A stretch of DNA of 64,000 nt from assembly GCF_006345805.1 (NCBI RefSeq), contig NC_043004.1:1674001-1738000 (forward strand). Reading direction: 5' to 3'. A model generated the notes under the pieces. That model saw only the letters and a program-made list of their open reading frames with translations, was not told the origin of the DNA and ran no database searches. Below, one piece after another: positions 1-12,857 of this stretch. Source of the DNA: Octopus sinensis (taxonomy: Eukaryota). Each line of letters opens with the position of its first letter. Within the stretch, counting starts at the first letter, position 1. The position numbers were made by a program, and so were the translations under genes.

Positions 1-28
1 TTAACGACTTATGCTTCTGTCAAGTTTG

Positions 29-59
<31 letters not shown>

Positions 60-174
60 GTTGTGGCCTAAAACAAAGTAAAAGAGAGTAGAGAGAAATA
101 TAATGAAATGTGAAAGTGAAAGTCGATGTGTTAAACAAACAGGTGGAAAAGTAAAGACAGTGTCAAAGAATAAC

Positions 175-207
<33 letters not shown>

Positions 208-378
208 AGGGGGGATGGGAGAGAAAGAAAGAGTGAATTATAAGGTGGTGGTAATAATAAGAAGTAACGAGCACCAAAGGATGAAATAAAACGTCAATAC
301 AAGAAAGTAGTGAAAAACAGAGATAACGTTGAAAGAAGATGATGAAATGAACGCTAAAGTCTTGGTGATGACACCACC

Positions 379-410
<32 letters not shown>

Positions 411-1133
411 CAACATCGACAAAATTAAAAGTAAACGTAAAAGTAAAAATATCATAATGGCAGCGGGAGCAGGCATCATAATCTTAAGATCGACCAACGT
501 AAGAAAGGTACGAAACAAGCAAATTAAAAGAAAATTCTGTTACCAGCCTCATCATCATCAACAACAACAACAGCAGCAGCAGCAACAGCAAGAATAACAC
601 CAGCTTACGAAACAACAAAACCTCTGACCATTTTGTCAACTTTAACAAATACATCACAAATGCTGTCGGAACAATAACCTTAATAATAACAAGGCTGGCA
701 CGTTTGACTTCAGCAACAACAATTCTCGTATAAACTTGATCATAATACTGACCATGGTAACACTAACAGAAACGGCAAAAGAAGTTTTAAGAGAAGCCAT
801 TGCAACGGCAACAGTCTTACAGCAACAACACTCATAGCGATCGGAATAACAATCATATCAATCACAAAAGCACTTGTAATGATGGCAAAAAGCATGGCTG
901 TCACAGCAACAAACATGGTAATCGTTTCAGTTTGGCAGCAAAATCAAATAATTGCTTCTGACATCGATACAAATACGGACGGAAGGGAGAAGTCGAATTG
1001 AACGACCCTAATATATAGCTGGTACTTTAGTTTACTCAACCTGCAATCACAGAAGACAAATCCTACTCCAACAGCATTTAATTTCAAAAACTTAAGGAGG
1101 TGGGACTGAAGCATGGTATCATGTCCGAAACAA

Positions 1134-1137
1134 CAGC

Positions 1138-1172
<35 letters not shown>

Positions 1173-1174
1173 CG

Positions 1175-1238
<64 letters not shown>

Positions 1239-1241
1239 TAA
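1134..1241. repeat. (ACA)n(ATA)n compound microsatellite
   Basis: Pure trinucleotide runs; the poly-I/T/V/L ORFs here are artefacts of it. Confidence 0.97.
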
Positions 1242-2294
1242 TAGAAGAATTAAGCAAAAGGAAAACGTACGAAAAGGACATGAAGAAGAATTACGCAAGA
1301 AGGGACTACTCAATTAATTCCATGTAACCACAACAGACGCTGCTGGAAAAAATAGGTGGGATTGGCTGATGAAAGGAACCCTAAAAACAGAGACCGAAAG
1401 CATTATACTGGCGCCGCAGGACCAAGTTCTGGACACGGACTGGTGGGTCAACTTGAGTAATGAGCAAATATCTCCGCTATGCCACATCTGCAATAGACTG
1501 GATAAAACTATTCCCCATATCATGTGCAAATGCCCTAGACCTGCCCCAAACCACTTCAAGTTGTTGCAACACTATCACGTAGCGGAAGTGCTACATTGGA
1601 AACTGTGCGAAAAATGAGGGCTAGAGAGAAGCAAGACGCGTTATGAGCACAAACCGCAGAGAGTGGCGGAGTCGGAGACTAGCAAAAAGAAGAAAGAAAA
1701 GTCGAGAGATATGACAGGGTTAGCTTTGGAAGTTAAGCAGTTGTGGTCGAGGAAAAAGGTAGCAGTAGTACCAATAATTGTCGGAACTCAGGGAACAGTG
1801 AGCAAAAATATCGAGAAGTACGTGGAACAAATAGGGGATGCAATAAGGGTGACGCACTTGCAGATCAGGTACTAGAGTATAACAGACCGGACGTAGTGGT
1901 GGTGGACAAGATGCACCACATATGCTATATAGTTGATGTTGCATGCCCCTTTAACTCACGAATATTCATTAAGGAGGATGAAAAAGTAAATAAATACAAC
2001 CCTCTTAAGTACGAAATAGTCTGGCAATGGAAAATGAAGAAGGTGAAGATAGTGCCAATCATTGTTGGGTCTTTGGAATAATATCAGAAGGCATCAAGAG
2101 GAATGTATAGGAAATAAGTATAGAGTTCCCAGCAGAACTGTTAAAAAAAGGTTTGTCTCCTTGGCACAGCCAGAATAAGTAGGAAAGTATTAGATAGTCG
2201 AAAAGAACAGACGGCATGGTATCGTGGGCTGCAGGCAGCAAGCCCGCTACGCATGCAAGATTCCAGCAGTTCCAACAGCCTGAAATAAAAAGAA
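1242..2294 (+). mobile_element. Decayed R4/Dong-like RLE non-LTR retrotransposon, 3' part (copy A)
   Basis: Frames give LKTETESIILAPQDQ, a CCHC knuckle CHIC..IPHIMCKC, VLHWKLC, RPDVVVVDK..IVDVACP..EDEKVNKY (PD-D/ExK endonuclease) and VPIIVGSL; stops and frameshifts present. Confidence 0.88.
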
Positions 2295-2367
2295 ATGATG
2301 ACGATGATGATGATAATGATGATGATGATGACGATGACGATGATGATGATGATGACGACGATGACGA

Positions 2368-2419
<52 letters not shown>

Positions 2420-2461
2420 TACGACGACGACGACGACGACGACGATGATGATGATGATGAT
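2295..2461. repeat. (GAT)n/(GAC)n microsatellite
   Basis: Direct reading; produces the poly-Asp ORF. Confidence 0.97.
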
Positions 2462-3845
2462 AGAATGGAGTTCGGACTGAGAAAGTATGGTGAAGAGAGG
2501 CAAAATCAAATGTATGGACGGACTAACGATACAATCGGGGGAGATAGAAGAGACGGGCTACAAGTACTTGGGATTTTGGAAAATCGATAAATTGATAGAG
2601 AAAGAAATGACAGAAAAATTTAAGATGGATTACTTACGCAGACTGAAACTAATCCTTAAGTCGAAATTAAATGGACGGAATAAGATCGAAGCTATCAGCA
2701 CCTGGGCGGTTTCACCCCTTAGATATAGAGCAGGGGTAATCGCATGGACAATAGACGAACTAAACAGCTTAGACAGAAAGACAAGGAAGTTGCTAACTAG
2801 ATATGGGTTACTCCACCCAAAAAGTAACACAGATAGACTGTATGAAAAAGAGGAGGAAGAGGACTTATTGGATGCGAACACAGCATTAGAGCAGAAAAAA
2901 ACAACATAACATGGTATCTAAAAATGCCACAGAACCGCTATTACTAGAACAAAGTCAGGCTTGTGTATTATGAAAGATTGCAAAAATAAAGGATTATGCA
3001 AGAAATTGAAAACGAATGAAATTGAAAATCGGTGGGTAAAGAAAAGAATGCATGGTCAATTTCATAGGGATGTTGAAGATAAGACAGACAGAGAAAAAAG
3101 ATGGCTGTGGATGACTGAAAGTGATTTAAAACCGGGAACGGAAGCTCTAATCTGTGCTACCCAAGAGCAAGCACTAAGAAGAAACTACATAAAATACAGA
3201 ATAGACAACATATCAGAAAGTGACAAAATCTGTGGACAAAAGGGTGAAACCGTATGGCATATTACCAGCCAATGTACGCCACTAGTCCAGAAAGAATATA
3301 AGAGACGCCACGACAATATAGCCAGGCTTGTCTATTGGACACTTAGCAACACGTATGAACTTGACAGAGTAAAAAGTTGGTACGACCACTAAACTGAAGG
3401 TATCGTCGAAAATAGAATTGCAAAGATCCTATGGGATTTTATGATTCAGTGCGACCATGAGATTGAGAATAGGAAGGTGGACATAGTCTTAATTGAGAAA
3501 GTAAACAAAGTATGCTGAATCATAGATATAGCGTGCCCAGCTGACAACATGGTATGCGATAAGGAAGAAAGAAAAGTCGAAAGATATGACAGGTTATCTT
3601 GGGAAGTTAAGCAGTTGGGGTCCAATAATTATCGAAACTCAGGGAACAGTGAGCAAAAATCTCCAGTAGTACGTGGAACAAATAGGGGTTGCAATAAGGG
3701 TGGCGCACTTGCAGAAAATAGCACTGCTTGGAACTGCACGAATACTCCGAAAGGTGCTCGTAAAATAATAAGTGTTAACTTCGTTCACAAGTAGTGAACA
3801 GCTGACACCGTAGTACATCTCCAGCGTTAGAAGCTGTGCAACAGC
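2462..3845 (+). mobile_element. Decayed R4/Dong-like RLE LINE, RT thumb to 3' end (copy B)
   Basis: RMEFGL..GYKYLG, SKLNGRNKIEAISTWAVS, LDRKTRKLL..LHPKS..RLY, MHGQF, EALICATQEQAL, HITSQC..YKRRHDNIA, KILWDFMIQCD, IDIACP; 5'-truncated and ends at (TAA)n. Confidence 0.92.
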
Positions 3846-3858
3846 AATAATAATAATG

Positions 3859-3931
<73 letters not shown>

Positions 3932-3945
3932 TAATAATAATAATA
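3846..3945. repeat. (TAA)n microsatellite
   Basis: Direct reading. Confidence 0.97.
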
Positions 3946-3974
3946 GATAAATAAATAACAAAAACTAAGAATAT

Positions 3975-4686
3975 AAAGATGCTTTCTAATTGGTTTATCA
4001 GTACCAACACATGACAATGTTTCTCCAAAAGAAACAGAAACTTTCAAAATACTAAGATCTGGAAACAGAGCTAACTCGAATGAGGAGCCTAAAAACAGAA
4101 ACAATTCCTATTATAGTAGGCACATTAGGTATGATAAAAAAATATTCAGGCAAATACATAACAAAAATATATGCCCCATTGCTGTACCAGACAGTGACTC
4201 TCATGGCTTCTGATCTTAACTGATTGGAAGTGTTATCATGTACACGGTTTTGTCATGGTGTAAAAGATCACCTACAATAAATATTCTGCCCAGTACCAGA
4301 GATTAACTTGTCAGTTGCTTGACCTTAACCAGTTGAGCATGTCCCTTCGTAGCTGACAATATGTGCTATGTGTTGAGAGGAATTCTTATAGGTTTGGATA
4401 ATTCACCTCCGGAAACATGAGTGTTTCATTCAACATCCTTAATCTTTATTCAAGGACCATTTGAACAGTATGGTCTACTCGACCTGAAGAAAATTCTAAC
4501 TGGGCTCCACCTGCAAGGTCTTGCGCTGTTTATCTTGATATGAGATCATCTTGTCGCGCACATATGTTTGTGAGGCATGTGCCTGGTGTACCCTTATCAG
4601 ACGGGTAGCCATTATGTGTATACTGGGCTTCGTATATTTTACCCAAGTGTCACTTTGATGGCATGCACTGCTCTCTCACTCACTCA
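3975..4686 (+). mobile_element. R4/Dong-like fragment plus probable LINE 3' UTR (copy C)
   Basis: 3975-4168 aligns by eye to 8100-8293 (ETIPIIVG.LG). 4170-4686 is non-coding, runs into (AAC)n(AAT)n, and is interpreted as a 3' UTR. Confidence 0.65.
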
Positions 4687-4687
4687 T

Positions 4688-4688
4688 T

Positions 4689-4781
<93 letters not shown>
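4688..4781. repeat. (AAC)n(AAT)n microsatellite
   Basis: Direct reading. Confidence 0.97.
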
Positions 4782-4782
<1 letters not shown>

Positions 4783-5797
4783 GTGACATTTGTATCAGAA
4801 ATATGATAACATTATACTTAATTATAGAAGAAAAGGCAACGCCAGCATCATTGCGAAATGACACAATGAAAAACAAACCATAGCAACAACCACAACATGC
4901 TGCAATGATAATCAAATAGAAAAACAATAACGATGATAAAAATAATAGCAACAATAATACTAAAGATACAACAACAGCAGCAACAGCATCAGTAACAAAC
5001 CTGACCGTAACGGCTATCACGTGGGTAATCATAACGTATAATCTTTAGGAAAATAAAAGAAAATTAAATATAGAAGCAGCAACAACAACAACAACATGCT
5101 CCACTAAAGCACGGATAACAAGACAAAGCCTCAAAATAATCAGAATGGCGTTAGCAACAAAGACGACAGCAATAGCAACAATGAAATCGAATAATAACAA
5201 CGAAAGTCAGTACAATATCGGTCAAAGTATGAGAATTGGTGAGAAAAATAACCCAAAAGATGATGGACGGGGAATGACATTGCGAATAAACATAGCCGAG
5301 ATGGCACGGTTTGTGGTTAAATAATGTGGGTATGTGTGTATGTATGTGTATGCGTGTGTATGTATGTGTACATGTGTGTGTGTGTGTGTGTTTGTGTGTG
5401 TGAGTCGGTTGGACAACACATGGATATTTGTCTGTTTACAGACCGGGTAAAAAGTGGGTGAGGAAGTTGAGAAAACTCCAGAAATGGTTGCATGGTCATG
5501 CCCGCTGCTGGCGGGAATATTGTCAGAGTAAGAGGATGTGGGGGACTTGATCACATCTCAAATAAGTTCTGAAGATAGCTTGACAAAGCTGTATCGAGGT
5601 AGCACCATGAACACACACACACACACACACCACACACACACACATCCACACACACACACACACACAACACACACACACACAAACACACACATATGTACTC
5701 GCTCGCATGCACACACAAACACACACACACATATATATATATATACACACCTACATATGTATATGTGTATGTTTGAGTGCGTATTAATGTATGAATG

Positions 5798-5872
<75 letters not shown>

Positions 5873-5873
5873 C

Positions 5874-5906
<33 letters not shown>

Positions 5907-5911
5907 ATTCC

Positions 5912-6337
5912 TTTATTCGTTTCAGCACAAATACTGTGGCCATACTGGGGCACCAATAGAATTATCAATTTTTCAATTGCATCCTTTTTCGATTACCTTT
6001 TGGTGACGGGAGGAGTTCGATACAGCTGCCCTCTTTCAAATGTCTTGCCGTAATATAGGTTCATCTGGGACCTTTTGGACAGCAAGAAGTCAAGTTGTTT
6101 CTTGAAAACATCTGCTCCTATTCCATGCAGACATCTCTGTTGCTTTTGTAAGATATTTAACAGTCGTGGGCCTTTGTAGTGACGTCCTGTTCGGAGGCTG
6201 GGATAACTGTTGATGTCAAAGTTTGGTGACAACACTCTAGGATCTTCCAGATGTATATCACTACATATCTCTCACATCTTCGCTCCAGGAAATAAACCCG
6301 TAGTTCTTTTAGTCTATCCCAGTAGCTCAAGTGCCCT
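5912..6337 (-). mobile_element. CR1/L2-group LINE 3' end
   Basis: HLSYWDRLKELRVYFLERRCERYVVIYIWKILE, GPRLLNIL, FKKQLDFLLSKVPDEP; tail ggtgccccagtatggccacag..ctgaaac. Confidence 0.85.
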
Positions 6338-6338
6338 A

Positions 6339-6352
6339 TAGATAGATAGATT

Positions 6353-6385
<33 letters not shown>

Positions 6386-6396
6386 ATAGATGGATG

Positions 6397-6471
<75 letters not shown>
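6339..6471. repeat. (GATA)n microsatellite
   Basis: Direct reading. Confidence 0.97.
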
Positions 6472-6885
6472 CCGTATCAAAAGGGTTGCAAGCGTTTCTA
6501 ATGTTTTCTTTAAATGTTCTTTGTGCTCCGAAATACTTTATTTTAAAAGTTTCAATTTCGTTTTAAAATTCGTTCCATAGTTAAGGATATTTAAGGTATA
6601 ACACGAAAATCCGTCGTCACAAACAAAATAGTGTTACCGATAATTTCTAACATGATTTCGTACTTGAAGATTAGGGGAAATAAACTGACCCTGGTACATG
6701 ACTGGTAGTTGATCTACTTGATGTTCCTGAGCTATTAGATAGTAAAACAGACGTGGTTTTGTCTCAGATATTTTATTCTTTCAGCCAGCCTGTTTTTCGA
6801 AATATCTACCTTAAGATTCTACAGGGCTCTGCCTTTAGAACAGGCATAATGATAACACACATGAAGCTTCACATAATTTTCTATA

Positions 6886-7360
<475 letters not shown>

Positions 7361-8464
7361 CTGGAAAACTACTATAAAATAACCACCATAGGACTGCAAA
7401 AATATCTACTTCAGAAGGAAGGAAAACTGATACAAATAGCGGCAAAACACGAGCAAAACAAAAAACTGTTCTCAGTATTTAAGGAAGCTGACAAATACAA
7501 ACAAGAAATCATACCACCTAATAAATACGAAGAAGAAGAAGAAGATGAACAAACAACAAAAGCTATAAAACAAATGAAATCCAAACTAAAACTAGAACAG
7601 TAAAGAACCATGATAAAACGATGGCAAGAAAAACCTCTTCATGGTAAATACTGGACTAAACTAAACGCAAAAGAAATAGACAAAGAAAAATCCCAGCAAT
7701 GGTTGAGAAGCTCAGGACTCAAAGCAGAGACAGTGGGATTTTTAATTGCAGCACAAGACCAAAGCCTCCCCACCAGAAATTAGCAAAACATGTAATGAAA
7801 AGAAATATAACAAGTAACTGCAGAATATGTGGAGATGGACAAGAAACAATAAATCATATTATCTCTGGCTGCCCAGTCCTGGCTAAGAAGGAATATATTC
7901 ACAGACATGACAGAGTTGGAACCTACATACACTGAAAGCTATGCCAACATTATGGAATAACAACAGAAAAAAGAAAGGTATAGGCACACACCAGAAAAGG
8001 TCACAGAAAACGAGAAAGCAACCATACTCTGGGATATGCCGATACACACAGATAGAGAAATTAAGGCAAATAGACCAGATATAGTTGTCATGAAGAAAAA
8101 AAATGCTTTCTAATTGATGTATCAATACCGGCAGATGACAACGTGTCTCTAAAAGAAATGGAGAAACTTTCAAAATACAAAGACCTGGAAATAGAGGTAA
8201 CCAGAATGTGAAATCTAAGAACAGAAACAATTCCTATCATAGTAGGTGCATTAGGCATGATAAAAAAATATTCAGACAAATACATAACAAAAACACCAGG
8301 ACTTACAAACACATATAACATACAGAAAATTGCACCACTAGGCACTGCACGCATCCTACGCAGAACACTAACCATCAGAGCATCACAACAAATTACAGCA
8401 CATACCCAAGGCACACAGAGCTGCGCTCGGTAGTGAAGTAAAGCACGCTATAAAAATAAAACTA

Positions 8465-8467
<3 letters not shown>
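7361..8467 (+). mobile_element. R4/Dong-like RLE LINE 3' part (copy D)
   Basis: WQEKPLHGKY, GFLIAAQDQSL, CRICGDGQETINHIISGCPVLAKKEYIHRHDRVG, LWDMPIHTD..NRPDIVV, LIDVSIP..EKLSKYKDL, TIPIIVGALG; ends at (AAT)n. Confidence 0.93.
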
Positions 8468-8532
<65 letters not shown>

Positions 8533-8559
8533 TAATAATAATAAAAATAATGATAATAA
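8468..8559. repeat. (AAT)n microsatellite
   Basis: Direct reading. Confidence 0.97.
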
Positions 8560-8736
8560 TTACATCGAAAAATACCTTAGGAATGAGAACGTAGGTTCGA
8601 AATTTCCCTAAGACACCTAATGAAGGCTGGATGGTATATATCAGCCGAAACATTGTGTTAACAAACAAAATGAGGACAAATATCCGTCAAATGTAAATAA
8701 TGTACATAATTCCTCATCTCTTAAATATAGAACTGA
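8560..8736 (+). mobile_element. HHR-bearing repeat tail (same family as 11355-11502)
   Basis: Near-identical to the reverse complement of 11355-11502; follows (TAA)n. Confidence 0.85.
8612..8659 (+). ncRNA. Minimal type I hammerhead ribozyme, mutated
   Basis: gacac-CTaATGA-a-ggctg..cagcc-GAAA-c-aTT-gtgtt: stems I and II intact, with G>A changes at G5 and in the cleavage triplet. Confidence 0.7.
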
Positions 8737-8892
8737 ATGATCTTGGCGTATTTTTGTAACTTTCAAATCACCTCACCACCACTACCACTACCTCCAACAG
8801 CAACAACCAGTTCTACCATCACTATCACCACCACCACCACCACCACCACCACTACTATGAAAAATAATAATAAATATGTTGATGATAATAAT

Positions 8893-9089
8893 GGTTTCAA
8901 ATTTTGGCACAAGGCTAGCATTTTCGAGAGAGAAGGTACTTGATTACTTCGACCCCAGTGTTTAACTGGTACTTTTTATATCGATTAAGCGCAAAGCCAA
9001 CCTCGGCAGAATTTGAACTCAGAATGTTACGAGACGATTTGCCTCTAAGAATTTTACGCGCTGTGCTAACGGTTTTGCTTGCTCGTGCT
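8893..9089 (-). mobile_element. SINE family S2, diverged copy
   Basis: cgaccccagtg..actggtact..cctcggcagaatttgaactcagaa matches the other S2 copies. Confidence 0.75.
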
Positions 9090-9155
9090 CATACGATAAT
9101 TTATGCGAAAATAATTATGTATTTAGGACAATTACTGTAACGAGATTACCTTAAA

Positions 9156-9600
9156 GCACACACACGCACACAGACACACGCACACACGCACACACATATA
9201 CAAACGCATATACATAGACGCACAAACACACCACATACACATTCACATTTGCACACACGCATACACAAATGCATACAACAACCATACACACACACCCACA
9301 CACACACATACGCACACACGCACGCACCCACTTATGCATACACATCAGACACACATACACACACTCCCATGCGTTCACACACACATACACACCACCCACA
9401 TACACACACATGCACACACATAGACACACGTGCACACAACATACTACACACATACATACATACATAGACACAAGCACACACACGCACAGACGCGCACGCA
9501 TACAACCACCACACACACACACATATACAAACACACACGATCGCACACACACGCACACTCGCACACACACACATACCACACACACACATCGACGCACATG
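9156..9600. repeat. Degenerate (CA)n tract
   Basis: Direct reading. Confidence 0.93.
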
Positions 9601-10451
9601 ACCATACACGGACAATATTGGAGCCGGTCTGAGGTAATCTAGTCTCTGGATGCTGTCAGTTTTCATTACTTGATGTACTTCTCTCGTTATTCGTTGTAAT
9701 TCTTCTGGTTATTTACATCATCAACAACAATAACAAGAACAAGCACAGCTAATCCGACAATAAGCAAACTGTAGCTGTAGCAGGAAAAAAAATTATGACA
9801 AGATCCAAAAATAACAACAACAAGAGATGAGGCTCCGAGAGCAAGCATTCAATCAACAAATGATTTATATAGCAACAGAAGAAGGAACCTGAGAGAAAGG
9901 TAGACTCACTAATAGGAAATGAGAGAGAGAGAGAGGAAGCGAAGAGAGAGAAATACTAAGATATATACAAAGGTATGTGAAGAGAGATTGAGACTGAGAA
10001 TTTAACGAGAGAAAGAGAGAGAGAGAGAGGGGGGAAGACATACAGCGATAGAGAACGAGATGTAAAGAGAAAATGGACGGTCAAAAATATGAAGCTTTAA
10101 ACAGAGAAATTGAAAGACACAAAAACAGCCAATAAGACAAGAGTAATAGAGGAGCATATAAGCACATACACACACGTATACAGACACATACACATCCATG
10201 CACTTACACAACACATACGCAGGGATAAGAGAAAGAGAGAGAAAGAGAAAGAGATGTATGTGTAATCAAGCTGCATCTGGAACCATATTTAATGCTTGCA
10301 TCATATGCATATGTATGCTTCAAGCTGTTTTGTTGAAGTGAAATTATATTTAGTTTTAATCCCGAACAAAGACTATCAAACCTGTGAGTAGTATCGAAAC
10401 CTGATTTTTTTTCCTCCTTTATCATTGAATGATGGTAATACAATCACAATA

Positions 10452-10688
10452 GTGGCGGCGAGCTGGCAGAAACGTTAGCACGCTGGAGGAAATACTTAGC
10501 GGTATTTCGTCTGCCGTGACGTTCTGAGTTCAAATTCCGCCGGAGTCGACTTTGCCTTTCATCCTTTCGGGGTCGATAAATTAAGTACCAGTTACGCACT
10601 GGAGTCGATATAATCGACTTAATCCGTCTGTCTGTCCTTGTTTGTCCTCTCTGTGTTTAGCCCCTTGTGGGTAGTAAAGAAATAGGTA
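10452..10688 (+). mobile_element. tRNA-derived SINE family S2 (Meta/MESC-like central domain)
   Basis: ggcggcgagctggcagaa..gagttcaaattcc head and gcctttcatcctttcggggtcgataaattaagtacc centre; more than 12 copies in the window. Domain name is from memory. Confidence 0.88.
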
Positions 10689-10741
10689 ATACAATCACAA
10701 TCAAACACTTTCAAGAGGTTTACGTATATTTCTGAAAACAA

Positions 10742-11062
10742 TTATTCTTTTATTTTCTTTTGTAGTTTCAGCTCAGAGCTATGACCATGATGTGGCACCG
10801 CCGTATAACTACACTGTTATTACTGAGAGCCTCCTCCAATATGTGGCACTTGGTGAAGAATGGAGTTTGATGTCGCTACCCTCATTTGCACCTCTTGCCG
10901 TGAGATAGGTTCATCTGGGACTCTCGACAGTTTGAAGTCCAGTTTTGATTTGAAAACGCCTACATCCACTTTGTGTAGGTTTCTCGGGCTCTTTGGGGGA
11001 ATATTGAAAAACGGTGGGCCCCTGAAACCCAGGCTGTTGCAATAATTGGTCCTGAAGCGCAA
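10742..11062 (-). mobile_element. CR1/L2-group LINE 3' end
   Basis: RFRTNYCNSLGFRGPPFFNIPP..FKSKLDFKLSRVPDEP, plus tail ggcggtgccacatcatggtcatagc..gctgaaac. Confidence 0.85.
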
Positions 11063-11354
11063 TTGCATTGCTGGGATTGTTTGCCCCGTTTATTTCTTTT
11101 CAAATAGTTTGTAGTTGCGGGGGAAGGGGATATCATTTTACATTTTTTTACGAATAAAAACACAGATTAAGCTAAAATAGAAGACATGACAATTACAAAT
11201 ACATTCCAGCACAATCCTTCGCAATGACAATGAGAAAACAACAATAAAATAAAAGAGAATAGCGAACAGTCAACTTAAAAGCTAATTACGAAATTACCAA
11301 CAGAAACAAAATCACGCCTTTTGCTGGTGTTGCTAGTAAAGGGGATACGTTAAT

Positions 11355-11610
11355 ACAGTTCTGTGTTTAAGAGATGAGGAATTATTTACATTATACATAT
11401 ATTTGTCCTCATCTTGTTTCGGCTGATATACCCTCCAGCCTTCATCAGATGTCTTGGGGAAAATTTCGAACCTAGGTTCTCATTCTTAAGGTATTTTTCG
11501 ATGTTGTTATTATTATTATTATTATTATTATTCAGGTCACTGCCTGAAATCGAACTCGGAATCTTGGGGTTAGTAGCCCGCGCCCTTAACCACTACGCCA
11601 TATACCCGTG
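11355..11610 (-). mobile_element. tRNA-head / (TAA)n / hammerhead-tail SINE-like element
   Basis: Minus strand: A box TGGCGTAGTGG, anticodon-like arm gggCTactAAccc, B box GAGTTCGATT, a (TAA)n linker, then a tail containing CTGATGA-a-ggctg..cagcc-GAAAC. Confidence 0.8.
11416..11453 (-). ncRNA. Hammerhead core (stem III and cleavage site deleted)
   Basis: gacat-CTGATGA-a-ggctg-gagggtatat-cagcc-GAAAC; the segment ..gtgttaacaaac present in the 8612 copy is missing here. Confidence 0.7.
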
Positions 11611-12857
11611 GTGTAAATTAGCTTTAAAATGCCTCTATGGTATCAGAGGAATTTATCTAATAATAGAGTGTTTTATGTCTTCAGAAAAGGAGTTGGAGAG
11701 AACGTGAATCAAAGTGTGGCAGGACATATATTCTATCGACTGGGGTCGAAAATATTCAGACCTATGGAATTTTTAATTAAATTATTTAGGAGGTAGGGAG
11801 ATATCGTGTTTTGCCCACTTGTCTACACAACATCACTGTAATACAAAGTCGGGGGATACAGAATTGTTTCGGATAGGGACAATGGCTCGGGATTCTCGAC
11901 CTGTTGTCCCCTTTTGTAGACCAATATAAGTGCTAAGGTAACTCACACACACACACACAAAATGCAGTCGAGTTGGGCATGCATGGACATCCGAGTGTTG
12001 ATTCATCTTCAGGGTGACTTAGCTTTCCCTGTGAGAGCGAGGAGGGAGTCAATCAGAAAGCCCAGTTGTTATAGACAGGGCAGTAGAAGTAATATGAGTA
12101 ACTTTTGCCGAGGAGAATAGAATAAAAAAAAGAGGTGTTATTAATCAAAAGCAGTGGTATCGGTAGCAGTTGACCCCTGAAGCGATGCCAATACCTTTTG
12201 GTATTGATTACACTGAACACATGTCGCAGATCCAAAGACAGACTGATAGGTGCGAGGCAAACATGGACTTCCTATCTTCTATGTCAACAACATCAGCGGC
12301 CGATAAGGTGTCACAGCACCAAGCCAAAGGGATTCTTCCTCCCACACAAGGTTGGGCGAAGTTTCGGACATCACTTCGGTCCTGTGATCTTGTATTGATG
12401 AAGTGGAAAATAAATTGAAAACCGTCAGGAATATTAAGAATTGAGGGTAAGAGTAAGCGTAAAGATAAGCAGAAACTAATGTCAAACGGGTGATATAAAG
12501 TAACCACGGGATGTTGGTCATTAACTTGATATGTAAGAACTTCATGGTTACCTGAAATAGGAACTGAGAACCCAAAGGTAAAAGATGCCAGCGTAAACCA
12601 AACAGAATAAATTGTTATTGCAAACCACGTTATCAGTCTATTGAGAAATAATGGAATATGTTTCAAAGACATGAGTGAATTTGCAGTTTGGTTTATGTTG
12701 AATTTGTTCACGAATTAATTCAGAGATCAACTTTGGTGGTGGTGCCCTGAATGGTGACCATATTTGGCCAGATTCACTAGGTGTCCTGATGCTACTTGGG
12801 TGGGTAGCCATTTATATGTGTTTTAAATTATTAAACTCTTTAGATTTATTGTAAATA

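Noticed and set aside
1366-1388. CTGATGA resembling a hammerhead core
   Set aside because: It is the coding sequence WLMKGTLK of the R4 ORF; there is no GAAA or stem III at the right spacing.
2216-2590. 124-aa poly-Asp ORF
   Set aside because: Translation of a (GAT/GAC)n microsatellite between two LINE fragments.
5425-5610. GC-richer unique stretch with a possible + strand acceptor (tgtttacag)
   Set aside because: Only a short open frame with no recognisable homology and no partner exons; cannot be supported.
9600-9795. Minus-strand acceptor followed by a hydrophobic peptide YSLLIVGLAVLVLVIVV
   Set aside because: The hydrophobic run derives from a degenerate (GTT)n repeat and the frame stops shortly after.
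11531-11610. Possible functional tRNA gene
   Set aside because: No pairing acceptor stem and no oligo-T terminator; it continues into a repeat tail, so it is treated as a SINE head.
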